Assembly: GCA_963664325.2 (NCBI GenBank)
Contig: CAXXDQ010000003.1
Span: 1,146,169 to 1,210,168 of the forward strand
Direction: 5' to 3'
Source: Desulfomonilia bacterium
Lineage (GTDB): Bacteria; Desulfobacterota; Desulfomonilia; UBA1062
Length of the DNA stretch: 64,000 nucleotides
The notes beneath the pieces were generated by a model, which was given only the letters and a program-made list of their open reading frames with translations, ran no database searches and was not told where the DNA came from. The position numbers and the translations under genes are program-made. Numbering within the stretch: the first letter of the stretch is position 1; each line of letters starts with the position of its first letter. This document shows, piece by piece, positions 9,495 through 19,170 of the stretch.

Positions 9495-9773
9495 ATGAGA
9501 TTCCTTGAAAATAATTTCGAGAAAGACAGTATGGAAATCTGCTTCGATTATATCAGTAATGTCGTGCATTTTCTGGAAAATTACGCCGCCAAACTCGGTA
9601 TAGAGGATGAACTTGATAAATTCAGGTCGATCCTTAAACTGCCGCATGATATCCAGAACCTATATTTCCTGGTATTGGAACTTGACGCACTTCTTGAGAG
9701 CAAATCTGCAATCGGTCTCGAATGGATCAGGGATGATAGATGCTTTAGCGACTTCGAGTCAAAGGCGGCATGA
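9495..9773 (+). CDS. Hypothetical acidic helical protein, 92 aa
   Basis: A strong RBS (AAAGGAGA) lies 6 nt upstream of the ATG. I recognise no family. Confidence 0.5.
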   Translation: MRFLENNFEKDSMEICFDYISNVVHFLENYAAKLGIEDELDKFRSILKLPHDIQNLYFLVLELDALLESKSAIGLEWIRDDRCFSDFESKAA

Positions 9774-9855
9774 TTCGTTTTCAGGGAGTGCTTTGATTTC
9801 CACCCCATCCCCATGACGAGCCTTCTCTTCTTCCGCCATGGCAGCAGGGGAAAGC

Positions 9856-10962
9856 TCAGCGAAGGTCCCCGTATTTTTCAAGCCCTTTTCTGAAGGCTTT
9901 GATATTGGCCTGCGGTACATTCAGGTGATGCGGCTGCGGATAAAAATATGCGCCGAACCCTCCCTTCGGCGTACCGAGATTGCTTATCATTTCAAGAACC
10001 TCGTGCTCACATTCTTCAGGGGTGCCGTGCGCATATGTCGACTGGATGTTTATTGAGGCCCATATCATAAGCCTGCCCCTGAACTGCTGCAGGTCTTCGA
10101 AGCCGATCATATGAGGGCTGTCGAGTTCTATGGCGTCGAGTCCCCAGTCTATCAAAAGAGGCAGAAGGGGATCGATCTTTCCGCAGGAATGCAGATGGAT
10201 ATCGCAGCCGAGTTCATGGACCGTCTCGAAAATGCTCCGGTAGACAGGCTCATAGAATTCGCTGAACATCCCGGGGCTCAGATAGGGCCTCATCTGATCG
10301 CCGAGGTCGTCATACATCATGAAGCCGTGAGGTTTGGCGCCGTACTTCACCCACATGCGCGCCGAATTTACATAAAAGCCTGTTATATGGCTTAAAAGTT
10401 TTTTCAGCTCTTCAGGATTTCTCCTGTGGTCGGTCAGAAAGGGCACGAACCCCCGTATTGCCGATGCTGTGGTCAAGGGTCCCATATCGCCGAGGGTGCA
10501 CATCCTGTAGCGGTTCCTCCCGATGAGTCTGCTCAAGAAAATATAGAATGAGTAGCGGTTTTTAATCATCGGATCGGGATTGTAATCGGCCAGATATTCA
10601 TCATACAGCTTCCAGTCTGTCAGTACCGGTCTGACCGGGTGGCCAATCGATTTCCCTGTTCCCGACTGTTTCCAGATTGAGCCCCATTCATCGACTTCTT
10701 CGCGTTCGATGTTAAGCCAGTTTTTATGCCCTGCCGCTCTGGCCCATTCCGGCCTGTCCCATTTCCAAAGGTGCAGTTTCAGTATTTTTTCGTCAGGCAT
10801 ATAAGGGAACAGGCCTTTTTCATGCCCGGCATGACCGGGCTGCCAGGATTTCGGCGGCAGCATGAACATGTGAAAGACGTCATCAAACCCGAAACTCCAG
10901 ACAGGCACCCTGTCCGGGGTTTTGAAACCGACGGCCCTTCTGACCCGTTCGATAGAGTTCAT
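9856..10962 (-). CDS. Uroporphyrinogen decarboxylase (URO-D) family protein, paralog 2
   Basis: The protein begins MNSIERVRRAVGFKTPDRVPVW and contains HLHSCGKIDPLL and IELDSP, typical of URO-D/MtaA-like barrels. The track start at 10977 is a TTG; the ATG at 10962 has an AAGGGA RBS. Confidence 0.7.
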   Translation of the reverse strand: MNSIERVRRAVGFKTPDRVPVWSFGFDDVFHMFMLPPKSWQPGHAGHEKGLFPYMPDEKILKLHLWKWDRPEWARAAGHKNWLNIEREEVDEWGSIWKQSGTGKSIGHPVRPVLTDWKLYDEYLADYNPDPMIKNRYSFYIFLSRLIGRNRYRMCTLGDMGPLTTASAIRGFVPFLTDHRRNPEELKKLLSHITGFYVNSARMWVKYGAKPHGFMMYDDLGDQMRPYLSPGMFSEFYEPVYRSIFETVHELGCDIHLHSCGKIDPLLPLLIDWGLDAIELDSPHMIGFEDLQQFRGRLMIWASINIQSTYAHGTPEECEHEVLEMISNLGTPKGGFGAYFYPQPHHLNVPQANIKAFRKGLEKYGDLR

Positions 10963-10990
10963 AGGAGTCCCTTTCAATATGAAATCAATT

Positions 10991-12154
10991 TCAAAGAGCC
11001 TTAACCCCGTCCCCGATGACGCTCACGTAAATCTCGCCGTTCAGGCCTGTTCTGGCCTTGTAGTTCTTAAGGACGGTTTCAGTGAAAGGTTCGACTGCGG
11101 GTTCTTGAACAAGCGCGATGGCGCACCCGCCGAACCCGGCGCCTGTCATGCGAGCGCCCAGGCAGGAGGGAAGGGCAAGCGCCTCCGAGACTATCGTATC
11201 CAGTTCGAAGCCGGTCACTTCATAATCGGTCTTCAGCGAATCATGGGAAGAGCACATGAGGTTGCCGAATGTTGCAAGCTCACCGTTCCCGAGAGCCGCA
11301 ACCGACTTCTGAACCCGCTTGTTCTCGGTGATTACATGGCGGGCGCGTTTTCTGAGTACAGGGTCCTTGATAAGAAGCAGGTCCTCGGCATCGGCCTCGA
11401 CCAGTGTTCTGGCGGGTCTGGTTTTTTGAATGACGGCCAGCGCCGCTTCGCATTCCGTCCTGCGTTCATTGTACTTGGAATCCGCCAGTTCGCGCTTTTT
11501 TTTCGTGTTCATTATGAGAAGACGGTATTTGCCCAGGTTAAAAGGGATATACTTATATTCAAGGGTATTTGTATTCAGCAGGATCGCATGGTCTTTTCTG
11601 CCCAGCGCCACCACAAACTGGTCCATTATGCCGCAGTTGACGCCTATGAATTCGTTTTCAACCTTCTGGCAGAGAAGCGACAGCTTCACCCTGTCAACCT
11701 TGTCATCACCCGATGAACAGAGCATCATGTACCCCGTCAGCACTTCCAGGGCGGCAGATGATGACAGTCCCGAACTTTCCGGCAGATCACTCATTATAAA
11801 AATGTCGCACCCGGCAAGGCTGTGGCCTTCGGCCGAGAGATACTTCATTACGCCTGCGGGGTAATTTGCCCAGCGGGCTGATCCCATCTTCTTGATATCC
11901 TCAAGACGGATGGTTGCCTCACCGGTCTCCGTAGCCGACCGCAGCCTGACAATGCCGTCATTGCGGCGCCTGATGGCGGCACTGATGCCCAGGGACAAAG
12001 CCGCCGGCAGCACAAGCCCGCCGTTGTAGTCGATATGCTCGCCGATCAGGTTGACCCGTCCCGGTGAAAAAAAGAACTCGCATTCACCTTCTGTGCCGTA
12101 CGCCTCAATAAATCCCTTTCCAACATCCTCTTTCGTATTCATCTTTATCCCCAT
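10991..12154 (-). CDS. galK: Galactokinase
   Basis: The galactokinase signature GRVNLIGEHIDYNGG and the GHMP kinase motifs PESSGLSSSAA and MTGAGFGGC are present. An alternative start is the Met at 12142. Confidence 0.92.
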   Translation of the reverse strand: MGIKMNTKEDVGKGFIEAYGTEGECEFFFSPGRVNLIGEHIDYNGGLVLPAALSLGISAAIRRRNDGIVRLRSATETGEATIRLEDIKKMGSARWANYPAGVMKYLSAEGHSLAGCDIFIMSDLPESSGLSSSAALEVLTGYMMLCSSGDDKVDRVKLSLLCQKVENEFIGVNCGIMDQFVVALGRKDHAILLNTNTLEYKYIPFNLGKYRLLIMNTKKKRELADSKYNERRTECEAALAVIQKTRPARTLVEADAEDLLLIKDPVLRKRARHVITENKRVQKSVAALGNGELATFGNLMCSSHDSLKTDYEVTGFELDTIVSEALALPSCLGARMTGAGFGGCAIALVQEPAVEPFTETVLKNYKARTGLNGEIYVSVIGDGVKAL

Positions 12155-12196
12155 ATCTTATTGTTTTACTCACCGCTCACCACTAATCACTCACAA

Positions 12197-13501
12197 CTAG
12201 TCTTTAAGATATTTGTCGATCATCTTCTGTGTTACGGCCTTGCCCTTGCTGAGCTCGGCATAAAACTGTCCGCTTTTCCTGATCTTCCTTTCCTGCGTGT
12301 CGAAATCGACCTCGATCAAACCGAAACAGGCGCTCAATCCCTCCACCCATTCGAAATTGTCCATAAGCGTCCAGTGGTAATACCGCTCGACGGCCACGCC
12401 TTCGTCGATCAGCTTCTTTATCTCTATCATGTGGTCATAGATGTACTGTGTCCTGAAGGCATCCTTTTTATCACAGGTGCCGTTCTCGGTTATGAATATC
12501 GGAACACGGTATCGATCGTAATATTTGCGGCATATACGAGAGAGCCCTTCCGGGTAGAGCTCCCATCCGAGGTCGTTTGTGGGGGCCCCGGCCTTGAACT
12601 CCATCCTGCCGAAAAGCTCCGCCGGGTTCCATGTGCCTTCTATCATGTCTCGGGAGTAATAGTTCAGCCCGAAGAAGTCCATGAAAGGCCCCCTGCCCAA
12701 GGGATAGCCCAGGCCGATCGGGGCCGTAAGTTTTCCCTCGGCCATGCCGTGGATGAACATCTCCTGGAACAGTTGGTCATGCAGCCTGCAGCTCAGACGC
12801 TCGCGGGCCGTGCCGTATTTCGGATCGAATATGCGCATGTGGTTTGCAACTCCGACCATAGTGTCTTTGAATCCCATCCTGCTCCTCAACTCGTGGATCT
12901 TTCTGTATGAGCAGATATGGGCAAGGATCATGTTCTTTGCGCCTTTAAAGTATTCAAGCATTCTGCCTTTGCCGCCCGGGGGCCATTCTCCTGTTATATA
13001 TCCCATCGCAAGATATACATTTGGTTCGTTGATGGTCACCCAGTCGCATACAAGGTCGCCGAGTTCATTGACAACGACCTCGGTGTAGCGCTCGAAAAGC
13101 CCTATTACTTCAGGAGTCAGCCATGCGCCGTTGTGCTCAAGCCAGAGCGGGTTGGAGAAGTGATGCAGAGTAATCATGGGCTTTATCTTGTTTTTGACAA
13201 GCAGCTCTATTTCCTGACGGTAATGCTTCAGGGCGTCCCGCGAAAACTGGCCCTTGACGGGCTCGATTCTGCTCCATTCAATGCCAAGCCTGTAAATCTG
13301 GTGGTTCATTTTTTTCATGAGCTCGACATCTTCCTCGATCCTGTTCCAATGATCGTCGGCAACGATGCAGTGCGTGCCGTCCTTGATGTGGCCCTGTTCG
13401 CACCATTCGTACCATGAGTTGTTCCTGTCGCCTCCTTCAATCTGCAATGATGCCGTTGCGCTTCCGAACAAAAAGCCTTTCGGTAGGTTAAAAGGTGTCA
13501 T
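12197..13501 (-). CDS. Glycoside hydrolase family 1 (cytoplasmic beta-glucosidase/beta-galactosidase)
   Basis: GH1 signatures are LPKGFLFGSATASLQIEGG, TINEPN and ITENG. The ATG at 13501 is preferred because a GGAGG lies 6 nt upstream. Confidence 0.9.
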   Translation of the reverse strand: MTPFNLPKGFLFGSATASLQIEGGDRNNSWYEWCEQGHIKDGTHCIVADDHWNRIEEDVELMKKMNHQIYRLGIEWSRIEPVKGQFSRDALKHYRQEIELLVKNKIKPMITLHHFSNPLWLEHNGAWLTPEVIGLFERYTEVVVNELGDLVCDWVTINEPNVYLAMGYITGEWPPGGKGRMLEYFKGAKNMILAHICSYRKIHELRSRMGFKDTMVGVANHMRIFDPKYGTARERLSCRLHDQLFQEMFIHGMAEGKLTAPIGLGYPLGRGPFMDFFGLNYYSRDMIEGTWNPAELFGRMEFKAGAPTNDLGWELYPEGLSRICRKYYDRYRVPIFITENGTCDKKDAFRTQYIYDHMIEIKKLIDEGVAVERYYHWTLMDNFEWVEGLSACFGLIEVDFDTQERKIRKSGQFYAELSKGKAVTQKMIDKYLKD

Positions 13502-13502
13502 A

Positions 13503-14102
13503 TTATCCTCCATTATTGTTCATGCAGCCCTTAAGGCCGGCAAGAATTTTATTCAGCCTTTTGGTGAGGGCATCCTCATCACCGAACCAGAAATGATCGA
13601 TCCCCGGGTATATGTAAAGCCTGTCTTCAGGAACAAGAGCCCTGACCTTTGTGATGTCAGCATACTGGTCCATATCCGAGGCGATTACCCAGATATCGCT
13701 TTTTTCCGGCAGGCTCACTTCAAACATGGCTGTGGGCGGTGATATCAGTATGCAGGGCAGACTGTTCTTTTTAAGGTACATCGAGGCGATCCAGGCCCCG
13801 AAAGAGTATCCGATTATCAAGGGGGTTTTGCCGGCAAAGCCGACAGCGGTATGCAGGTCATTGATTTCGCCCCTGCCGTTGTCGTGGCGGCCTTCGCTTC
13901 GGCCCGTTCCCCGGAAATTAAACCTCAGTGCTGAAAACCCGTTCGCCAGCGCAGCATCCCTGGCTGACATCACAACGTTGTTGTGCATGTTCCCGCCATA
14001 AAGAGGGTGGGGATGAGTTATGACGGCGCATGGTGCACCGGGGGTTTCATCAAGGGCCGCTTCAAGTCTGGGATTATCGCCGATAAACATGACGGGCATC
14101 AT
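13503..14102 (-). CDS. Alpha/beta hydrolase fold protein (small, COG2945-like)
   Basis: It has HPHPLYGG, the nucleophile elbow GYSFGA and the C-terminal GIDHFW. Confidence 0.7.
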   Translation of the reverse strand: MMPVMFIGDNPRLEAALDETPGAPCAVITHPHPLYGGNMHNNVVMSARDAALANGFSALRFNFRGTGRSEGRHDNGRGEINDLHTAVGFAGKTPLIIGYSFGAWIASMYLKKNSLPCILISPPTAMFEVSLPEKSDIWVIASDMDQYADITKVRALVPEDRLYIYPGIDHFWFGDEDALTKRLNKILAGLKGCMNNNGG

Positions 14103-14173
14103 ACATTGAGCAAATGTTTATTTCAAGAAAGTTGAGTTTAAATGCTGTGATTCTTGTTTGTTCCAGACCTGCA

Positions 14174-15817
14174 TCAACGGGCGGGCGCATCCCCTGATGC
14201 AAAGGTGGATTTTGACCTTAATTTTCTGTGGTAGGTTATTGCAAACCTGTGGGCCTCGTTTCTCAGGTTCTGCAGCATCAGAAGCGCCCGGCTCCTTGCC
14301 GGGAGATGCACGGGATCTTTCCTTCCCGGGATGAAGAACCTGTCTTTCGCTGCTCCTCGTTCCTTGGCCATTGCAGCTACAGGCACGTCGGTTATTCCCA
14401 GCTCGGACATGACCTTGAGACACATGGCAAGCTGGCCTTTGCCGCCGTCGATAATGATAAGGTCGGGCATGTTCTCGCTCTCGTTTTTAAACCTGCGTGA
14501 AAGGACCTCATGCAGCATGGCGAAGTCATTCTGTCCTTGGACGTTTTTGATCTTGTAATGGCGGTAAAGGGATTTGTCAGGTTCCCCGCCTGTAAGGACA
14601 GCACGGGAACCCACGGCATTTGTCTCTGAAAGGTTCGAAATGTCATAGCACTCGATCCGCCACGGGAGCGTCTGAAGCCTGAATGCGATCGCTATTTCAT
14701 CCAGCGCCGATTCACCGGCACCCATTGATTTTGATGCGGTCTCGTTGGCCATATCAAGCCAGTGTCTGGTTTTTCCTCGCAGAGGTTTTTTTATTTCCAC
14801 CTTGCCCGAACGCAGTTCGGCAAGAATGGCGGTCACAGTATCTGTATCTTCGGGTGTTTCATCCGAATAAATAACCGGCGGCACCTGCCTGCCGCCCAGG
14901 TAATACTGGATAATGACTGGCGTTATGAAATCCTGCCCGTCGCCTGCGTGCACGGAAAACGCATTGGTGTCTGCAATCGAGCCGCCCATTATCCTGAGGA
15001 CTGCTATGGCCGCCCTGTTTTCGTAGCGGTGCACCCCGAAGATGTCTGTATCGGTAGATGCAATCGAGGAAACACTCTGAGGCACAAGAGTTGTTTTTAT
15101 CGCTTCGATCTGGTCGCGGATTTTTGCGGCCTTTTCGAATTCCAGCCCTGCGGCGTATTTCTGCATCCTTTCTTCAAGCGTGTTCACAAGGTCGGTGTTT
15201 TTCCCTTCAAGAAAAAGGATCAGGTCTTGGACAGCCTGCGTATAGTCCGGTGCCGCATGTTTTTTGACGCATGGCGCAAGGCAGAGTCCTATCTGGTAAT
15301 AAAGGCATGGCCGGACCCTGTTGATGAACTCGGTATCCTTGCAGCGCCTTATAGGGAAAATCCTGCCGATTGCGGAAAGGGTGCTGCGGGTTGCCCTGAC
15401 TGAAGAGTAGGGGCCGAAATAGCGGGCCCCGTCCTTTACCACCCGCCTTGTAATCGAAATAGCCGGGCATTCGTGGTTGACCGTAAGCTTGATGCTGACA
15501 TAAGTCTTGTCATCCCTCAAAAGAACGTTGTAGCGCGGACGGTGCGTCTTTATAAGCTGGTTTTCAAGGAGAAGAGCCTCCTTTTCATTGCCGGTGAGCA
15601 CGAACTCGACTTTGTCTGCATGTTCGCGGATATGGGTCACATAAGGCCTTGTATCCTGGCCCAGGTAGGCCTTTACGCGGTTTCTTATATCGAGCGCCTT
15701 GCCGACATAGATGATGCGGTTTTTCTTGTCGCGCATCTGATAAACGCCTGTCGAGCGCGGCAGGGTCTCGATCATTTCAGGGGTTAGAGGCATGTTTGCA
15801 TAATAGCATGCGGACAT
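14174..15817 (-). CDS. uvrC: Excinuclease ABC subunit C, lacking the C-terminal (HhH)2 domain
   Basis: The GIY-YIG domain (GVYQMRDKKNRIIYVGKA), the UVR domain (LEFEKAAKIRDQIEAIK) and the endonuclease V-like domain (IECYDISN...IIIDGGKGQL...NEAHRFAITYHRKLRSK) are present. The ORF stops about 12 aa after RSK. Confidence 0.9.
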   Translation of the reverse strand: MSACYYANMPLTPEMIETLPRSTGVYQMRDKKNRIIYVGKALDIRNRVKAYLGQDTRPYVTHIREHADKVEFVLTGNEKEALLLENQLIKTHRPRYNVLLRDDKTYVSIKLTVNHECPAISITRRVVKDGARYFGPYSSVRATRSTLSAIGRIFPIRRCKDTEFINRVRPCLYYQIGLCLAPCVKKHAAPDYTQAVQDLILFLEGKNTDLVNTLEERMQKYAAGLEFEKAAKIRDQIEAIKTTLVPQSVSSIASTDTDIFGVHRYENRAAIAVLRIMGGSIADTNAFSVHAGDGQDFITPVIIQYYLGGRQVPPVIYSDETPEDTDTVTAILAELRSGKVEIKKPLRGKTRHWLDMANETASKSMGAGESALDEIAIAFRLQTLPWRIECYDISNLSETNAVGSRAVLTGGEPDKSLYRHYKIKNVQGQNDFAMLHEVLSRRFKNESENMPDLIIIDGGKGQLAMCLKVMSELGITDVPVAAMAKERGAAKDRFFIPGRKDPVHLPARSRALLMLQNLRNEAHRFAITYHRKLRSKSTFASGDAPAR

Positions 15818-15927
15818 TGATGGCAGGAATATCTTTTTCCGTTAAACATACCAGGAGGCGGTCAGGACATCTGTTCAACATGAAACCGGTTGATGTTTTA
15901 TCCTCAAAACAGTAATTGTATCATACT

Positions 15928-16545
15928 ATGAAGATGATTTACGGACTTGGAAACCCCGGCGCCAGATATAAGATGAACCGTCATAATATCGGGTTCATGG
16001 CGGTCGACCTTCTGTCCAGGGAATACGGGATCGAGGTCAAAAAAAAGGCCTCGAATGTCCTTTACGGAAAAGGCGTCATTGATGGAATAAGCGTAATGCT
16101 GGCCAAGCCCCAGACCTTCATGAACCTGAGCGGGCTGCCGCTTTCGTCAATGATAATCAGGCCGGATGACCTCATAGTGATTCATGATGACATGGACATA
16201 CCCTTCGGGCAGGTGCGCGTGAAGGAAAGCGGCGGCACGGGCGGGCACAAGGGTCTGGAATCAATCAGGTCCGTGCTTCATACGGGCGATTTTATCCGAA
16301 TACGCTGCGGCATAGGCAGGCCCCCCGAGGGCATGGAAGGTGCGGAATATGTGCTTTCCGGGTTTTCAGGTGACGAGATTAAAGCGCTGTCAGAAGAGAT
16401 ATCAAAGGCAGGCCAGGCCGTAATCGAATGCCTGAAAAACGGCATCACAAAGGCGATGAACCTTTTCAACCGCCGTGAGGCCGCCGCTAAAAAGGATGCA
16501 GGCAATCCGTCACTTTTGAATGATCCGATCAAGGGGAGTGAATGA
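15928..16545 (+). CDS. pth: Peptidyl-tRNA hydrolase
   Basis: MKMIYGLGNPGARYKMNRHNIGFMAVD matches the canonical Pth N-terminus. The track start at 15916 is a TTG; the ATG is at 15928. Confidence 0.9.
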   Translation: MKMIYGLGNPGARYKMNRHNIGFMAVDLLSREYGIEVKKKASNVLYGKGVIDGISVMLAKPQTFMNLSGLPLSSMIIRPDDLIVIHDDMDIPFGQVRVKESGGTGGHKGLESIRSVLHTGDFIRIRCGIGRPPEGMEGAEYVLSGFSGDEIKALSEEISKAGQAVIECLKNGITKAMNLFNRREAAAKKDAGNPSLLNDPIKGSE

Positions 16546-16640
16546 TTGCAGTAAATATGCACTGGAAAAGACTTAAGCAACGAATTGTGTTGACATAACC
16601 CTTTTAATAGGCGAGTTAAGAGCCCTTAAAAGGAGCATCA

Positions 16641-17908
16641 ATGACATTTGAGCAGTTTAAGTTTCACCCGGACATAATGTCCGGCATTATCGAGCAAGGT
16701 TACAACCAACCCCACGCCAATCCAGGAAAAAACAATTCCGCCCATACTCGAAGGACGGGATGTCCTGGGTCTTGCACAAACGGGTACGGGAAAAACAGCG
16801 GCATTCACGCTGCCTATACTTGAGAGGCTGATTCACGGCCAGAGACGGCGCATAAAAGTCCTGATTCTGGCGCCTACGCGCGAACTGGCCTCACAGATCA
16901 ACGATGCCGTAAGGGCATTGGGCAGGAACATGAGGCTTCGCAGCATGGCGGTCTTCGGAGGCGTGAACATTAACCCGCAGATACAGGCCCTGAACCGGGA
17001 CAACCGAAATCGTTGTGGCGTGTCCGGGCAGGCTTCTTGACCTGATATCGCAGAACAAGATAGACCTGAGCAGTGTTGAAACGCTCGTTATTGACGAGGC
17101 CGACCGCATGTTTGACATGGGCTTTCTGCCCGATATCCGCCGCATATTGAAGCACCTTCCCCAGAAAAGGCAGAACCTGCTGTTTTCCGCAACCATGCCG
17201 GACGATATAAGGCATCTGGCCTCAGTCATCCTTAAGGATGCCGTGACTGTGCAGATTGATATAACAAAGCCTGTCTCCACAATAACGCATGCGCTCTACC
17301 CTGTAGAGCAGCATTTGAAGACTGCGCTTCTCAAGGAGCTTCTCAAAATCACGTCAACAGGTTCGGTCCTTGTGTTCACACGCACAAAACACCGGGCCAA
17401 ACGTGTTGCGGAACAGCTTGGCCATGCCGGGTTCAGCGTGACATCGCTTCAGGGCAACCTTTCGCAGAACAGGAGGGAGGAGGCGATCGAGGGCTTCCGT
17501 GACGGGACCTATCAGATACTGGTCGCGACCGATATCGCCGCGCGCGGCATAGATGTTTCCGCGATATCCCATGTCATAAATTACGACATACCGGATACTG
17601 TCGACGCCTACACGCACCGCATCGGGAGAACAGGCCGTGTGTCAAGGAGCGGTGATGCCTTTACTTTTGTCACGCATGAAGATGCCGCTATGGTTCATGA
17701 TATAGAGCTGACCCTTGGCGAGAAACTGGCCCGTAAAAAATTGGAAGGATTCGACTACAGCAAGCCCGCAGCCAAGGGAAATGAATTCGCCAGGCCTCCC
17801 AGACAGCAGCATCCGAGGCCTTTTCCCTCATGCCTCGGCAAAACCCTTCCCGTCAGACGCCGGCAAGATCTTCTGGCAGCCGGCAACAGGGTTCAAAAAT
17901 CCGTTTAA
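16641..17908 (+). pseudogene. DEAD-box ATP-dependent RNA helicase (RhlE-like), reading frame broken twice
   Basis: The motifs are spread over three frames. The Q motif GYNQP(T)PIQ is broken at the C4 run 16710-16713. AQTGTGKT and PTRELA are in the second frame. A second break lies near 16996-17006. DEAD, SAT and HRIGRTGR are in ORF 17015..17908. Confidence 0.85.
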
Positions 17909-18092
17909 GCAGGCAGGGGATATCGGCATAAAAGGCCGACCGGCTTAGCCTCCTTCATGAGCGGACAGCAGCCGGTCCGGTCTACGGGGCGGTTCTTCCT
18001 GATCCTGGGTTTTCCTTTTGGCAGGTAATTCATAAAATCTTCAGGCACATCGATGTCACGGGGGTCAATGCCTTTGAGGGTGATTTTTGACA

Positions 18093-18734
18093 CTAGAACC
18101 TTGCCTGATAGCCGAGTATGTTCATGCGCTTGTCGAAGGCCTGTCTGAATTTCTCATACTCCTCTATTACCCAGCCCGGGCGGTACATGCATTGGCTCTC
18201 TGTCAAAGAGGATGCATAGTCTTGAAAACGGTTTGGGCAGTATCATCTTGTCCCATGTGTTAAATTCCCATGACGGTTCTGCATCCCAGGCAAAAGGAAT
18301 GATCGGTGCGCCGGTTCTGGCAGCGATCTGTATCATACCCGGTTTTGAGATGTATTGAGGCCCCACCTGGCCCGTCCGGATTAAAGCCGCCATAATTGTC
18401 TGAATTGATGTATTCGATGATGGCGTCAAGAGCGGCACGGCCGCCCCTGGTGGAAGAGCCCTTGAAGACTTTAATTCCGAGACGCTTGAATATGGCCGCG
18501 GCGATTTCGGCGTCCCTTGACAAAGAGCCGATTGTGCCAGCCATAAGCCCCCTGAAAAAATAGCCGTAAAAGATTATACCGCGGTGCCAGCATGAGACCA
18601 GAATCTTTCGGTTTGTCTTTGACATCTCATCCGAAAAGCTCTTTTCCGAAAACGTTCTCCCTGTAGGTGCCGCAGAGGCCTAAAATGAGATTTGCACCGA
18701 CCCATCCGATTGAGTTTAACAGTACGGGATTCAT
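18093..18734 (-). pseudogene. DUF374 / lysophospholipid acyltransferase-like protein, three frame breaks
   Basis: The pieces are MNPVLLNSIGWVGANL..., ...KILVSCWHRG...FNPDGPGG, then PQYISKPGMIQIAARTGAPIIPFAW..., then VIEEYEKFRQAFDKRMNILGYQARF*. The breaks fall at homopolymers 18634-18637, 18361-18364 and 18170-18172. Confidence 0.7.
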
Positions 18735-18817
18735 GCCGCAGGTTTATCCGAAAATATTATCTTTAAGCAAGGAATTTGTTTTACTGAAGCTTCCATGTAA
18801 ATGCCTGGTATGTTAAG

Positions 18818-19048
18818 ATGCTATATATGCTTGAAAAAATACCGTTTCTTTATAAGGGATGCTCTTACAACATCATCATTGATGATGACATGAGCTTCGA
18901 CCGGCTAAGGTTCATAATCGACCGGCTTAATGATGAAGGCGCGTTTGATAATGACAGTGAGGAAGTCGTCCGTTATACGGTTGAATGCGAAGACTGCTGC
19001 TATGCCGTAGGGGTTGACGGTACGAACGTAATGATAATCCCGAAATAA
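18818..19048 (+). CDS. Hypothetical protein, 76 aa
   Basis: This is an ORF only, and I recognise no family. Confidence 0.3.
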   Translation: MLYMLEKIPFLYKGCSYNIIIDDDMSFDRLRFIIDRLNDEGAFDNDSEEVVRYTVECEDCCYAVGVDGTNVMIIPK

Positions 19049-19170
19049 AAAAAAATGAATGGCAGGCCGGCAATGAAAGCTGTCAAGCTGTCAAGCTATG
19101 CAGCAGTCGAGCAAAATAGTTTAACAGGGCATAAGTTTATAAACGCATCGATCCCGGCATCTCTGAAGAT

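Noticed and set aside
14118-14423. ORF 14118..14423 (minus) as a possible frameshifted C-terminal (HhH)2 part of UvrC
   Set aside because: Its translation (MSQGHVRAGNNRRACSCNGQ...) has no helix-hairpin-helix GIG motif and overlaps the in-frame endonuclease domain. No frame in 14103-14173 encodes an HhH.
17905-18093. A 62-aa minus-strand ORF between the helicase and DUF374 genes
   Set aside because: It lies downstream of the reconstructed DUF374 stop (18093-18095) and overlaps the helicase 3' end. It shows no motifs.
19079-19096. The tandem GCTGTCAA GCTGTCAA repeat, considered as a possible repeat array or CRISPR
   Set aside because: There are only two 8-bp copies and no spacers. No CRISPR-like array exists anywhere in the window.
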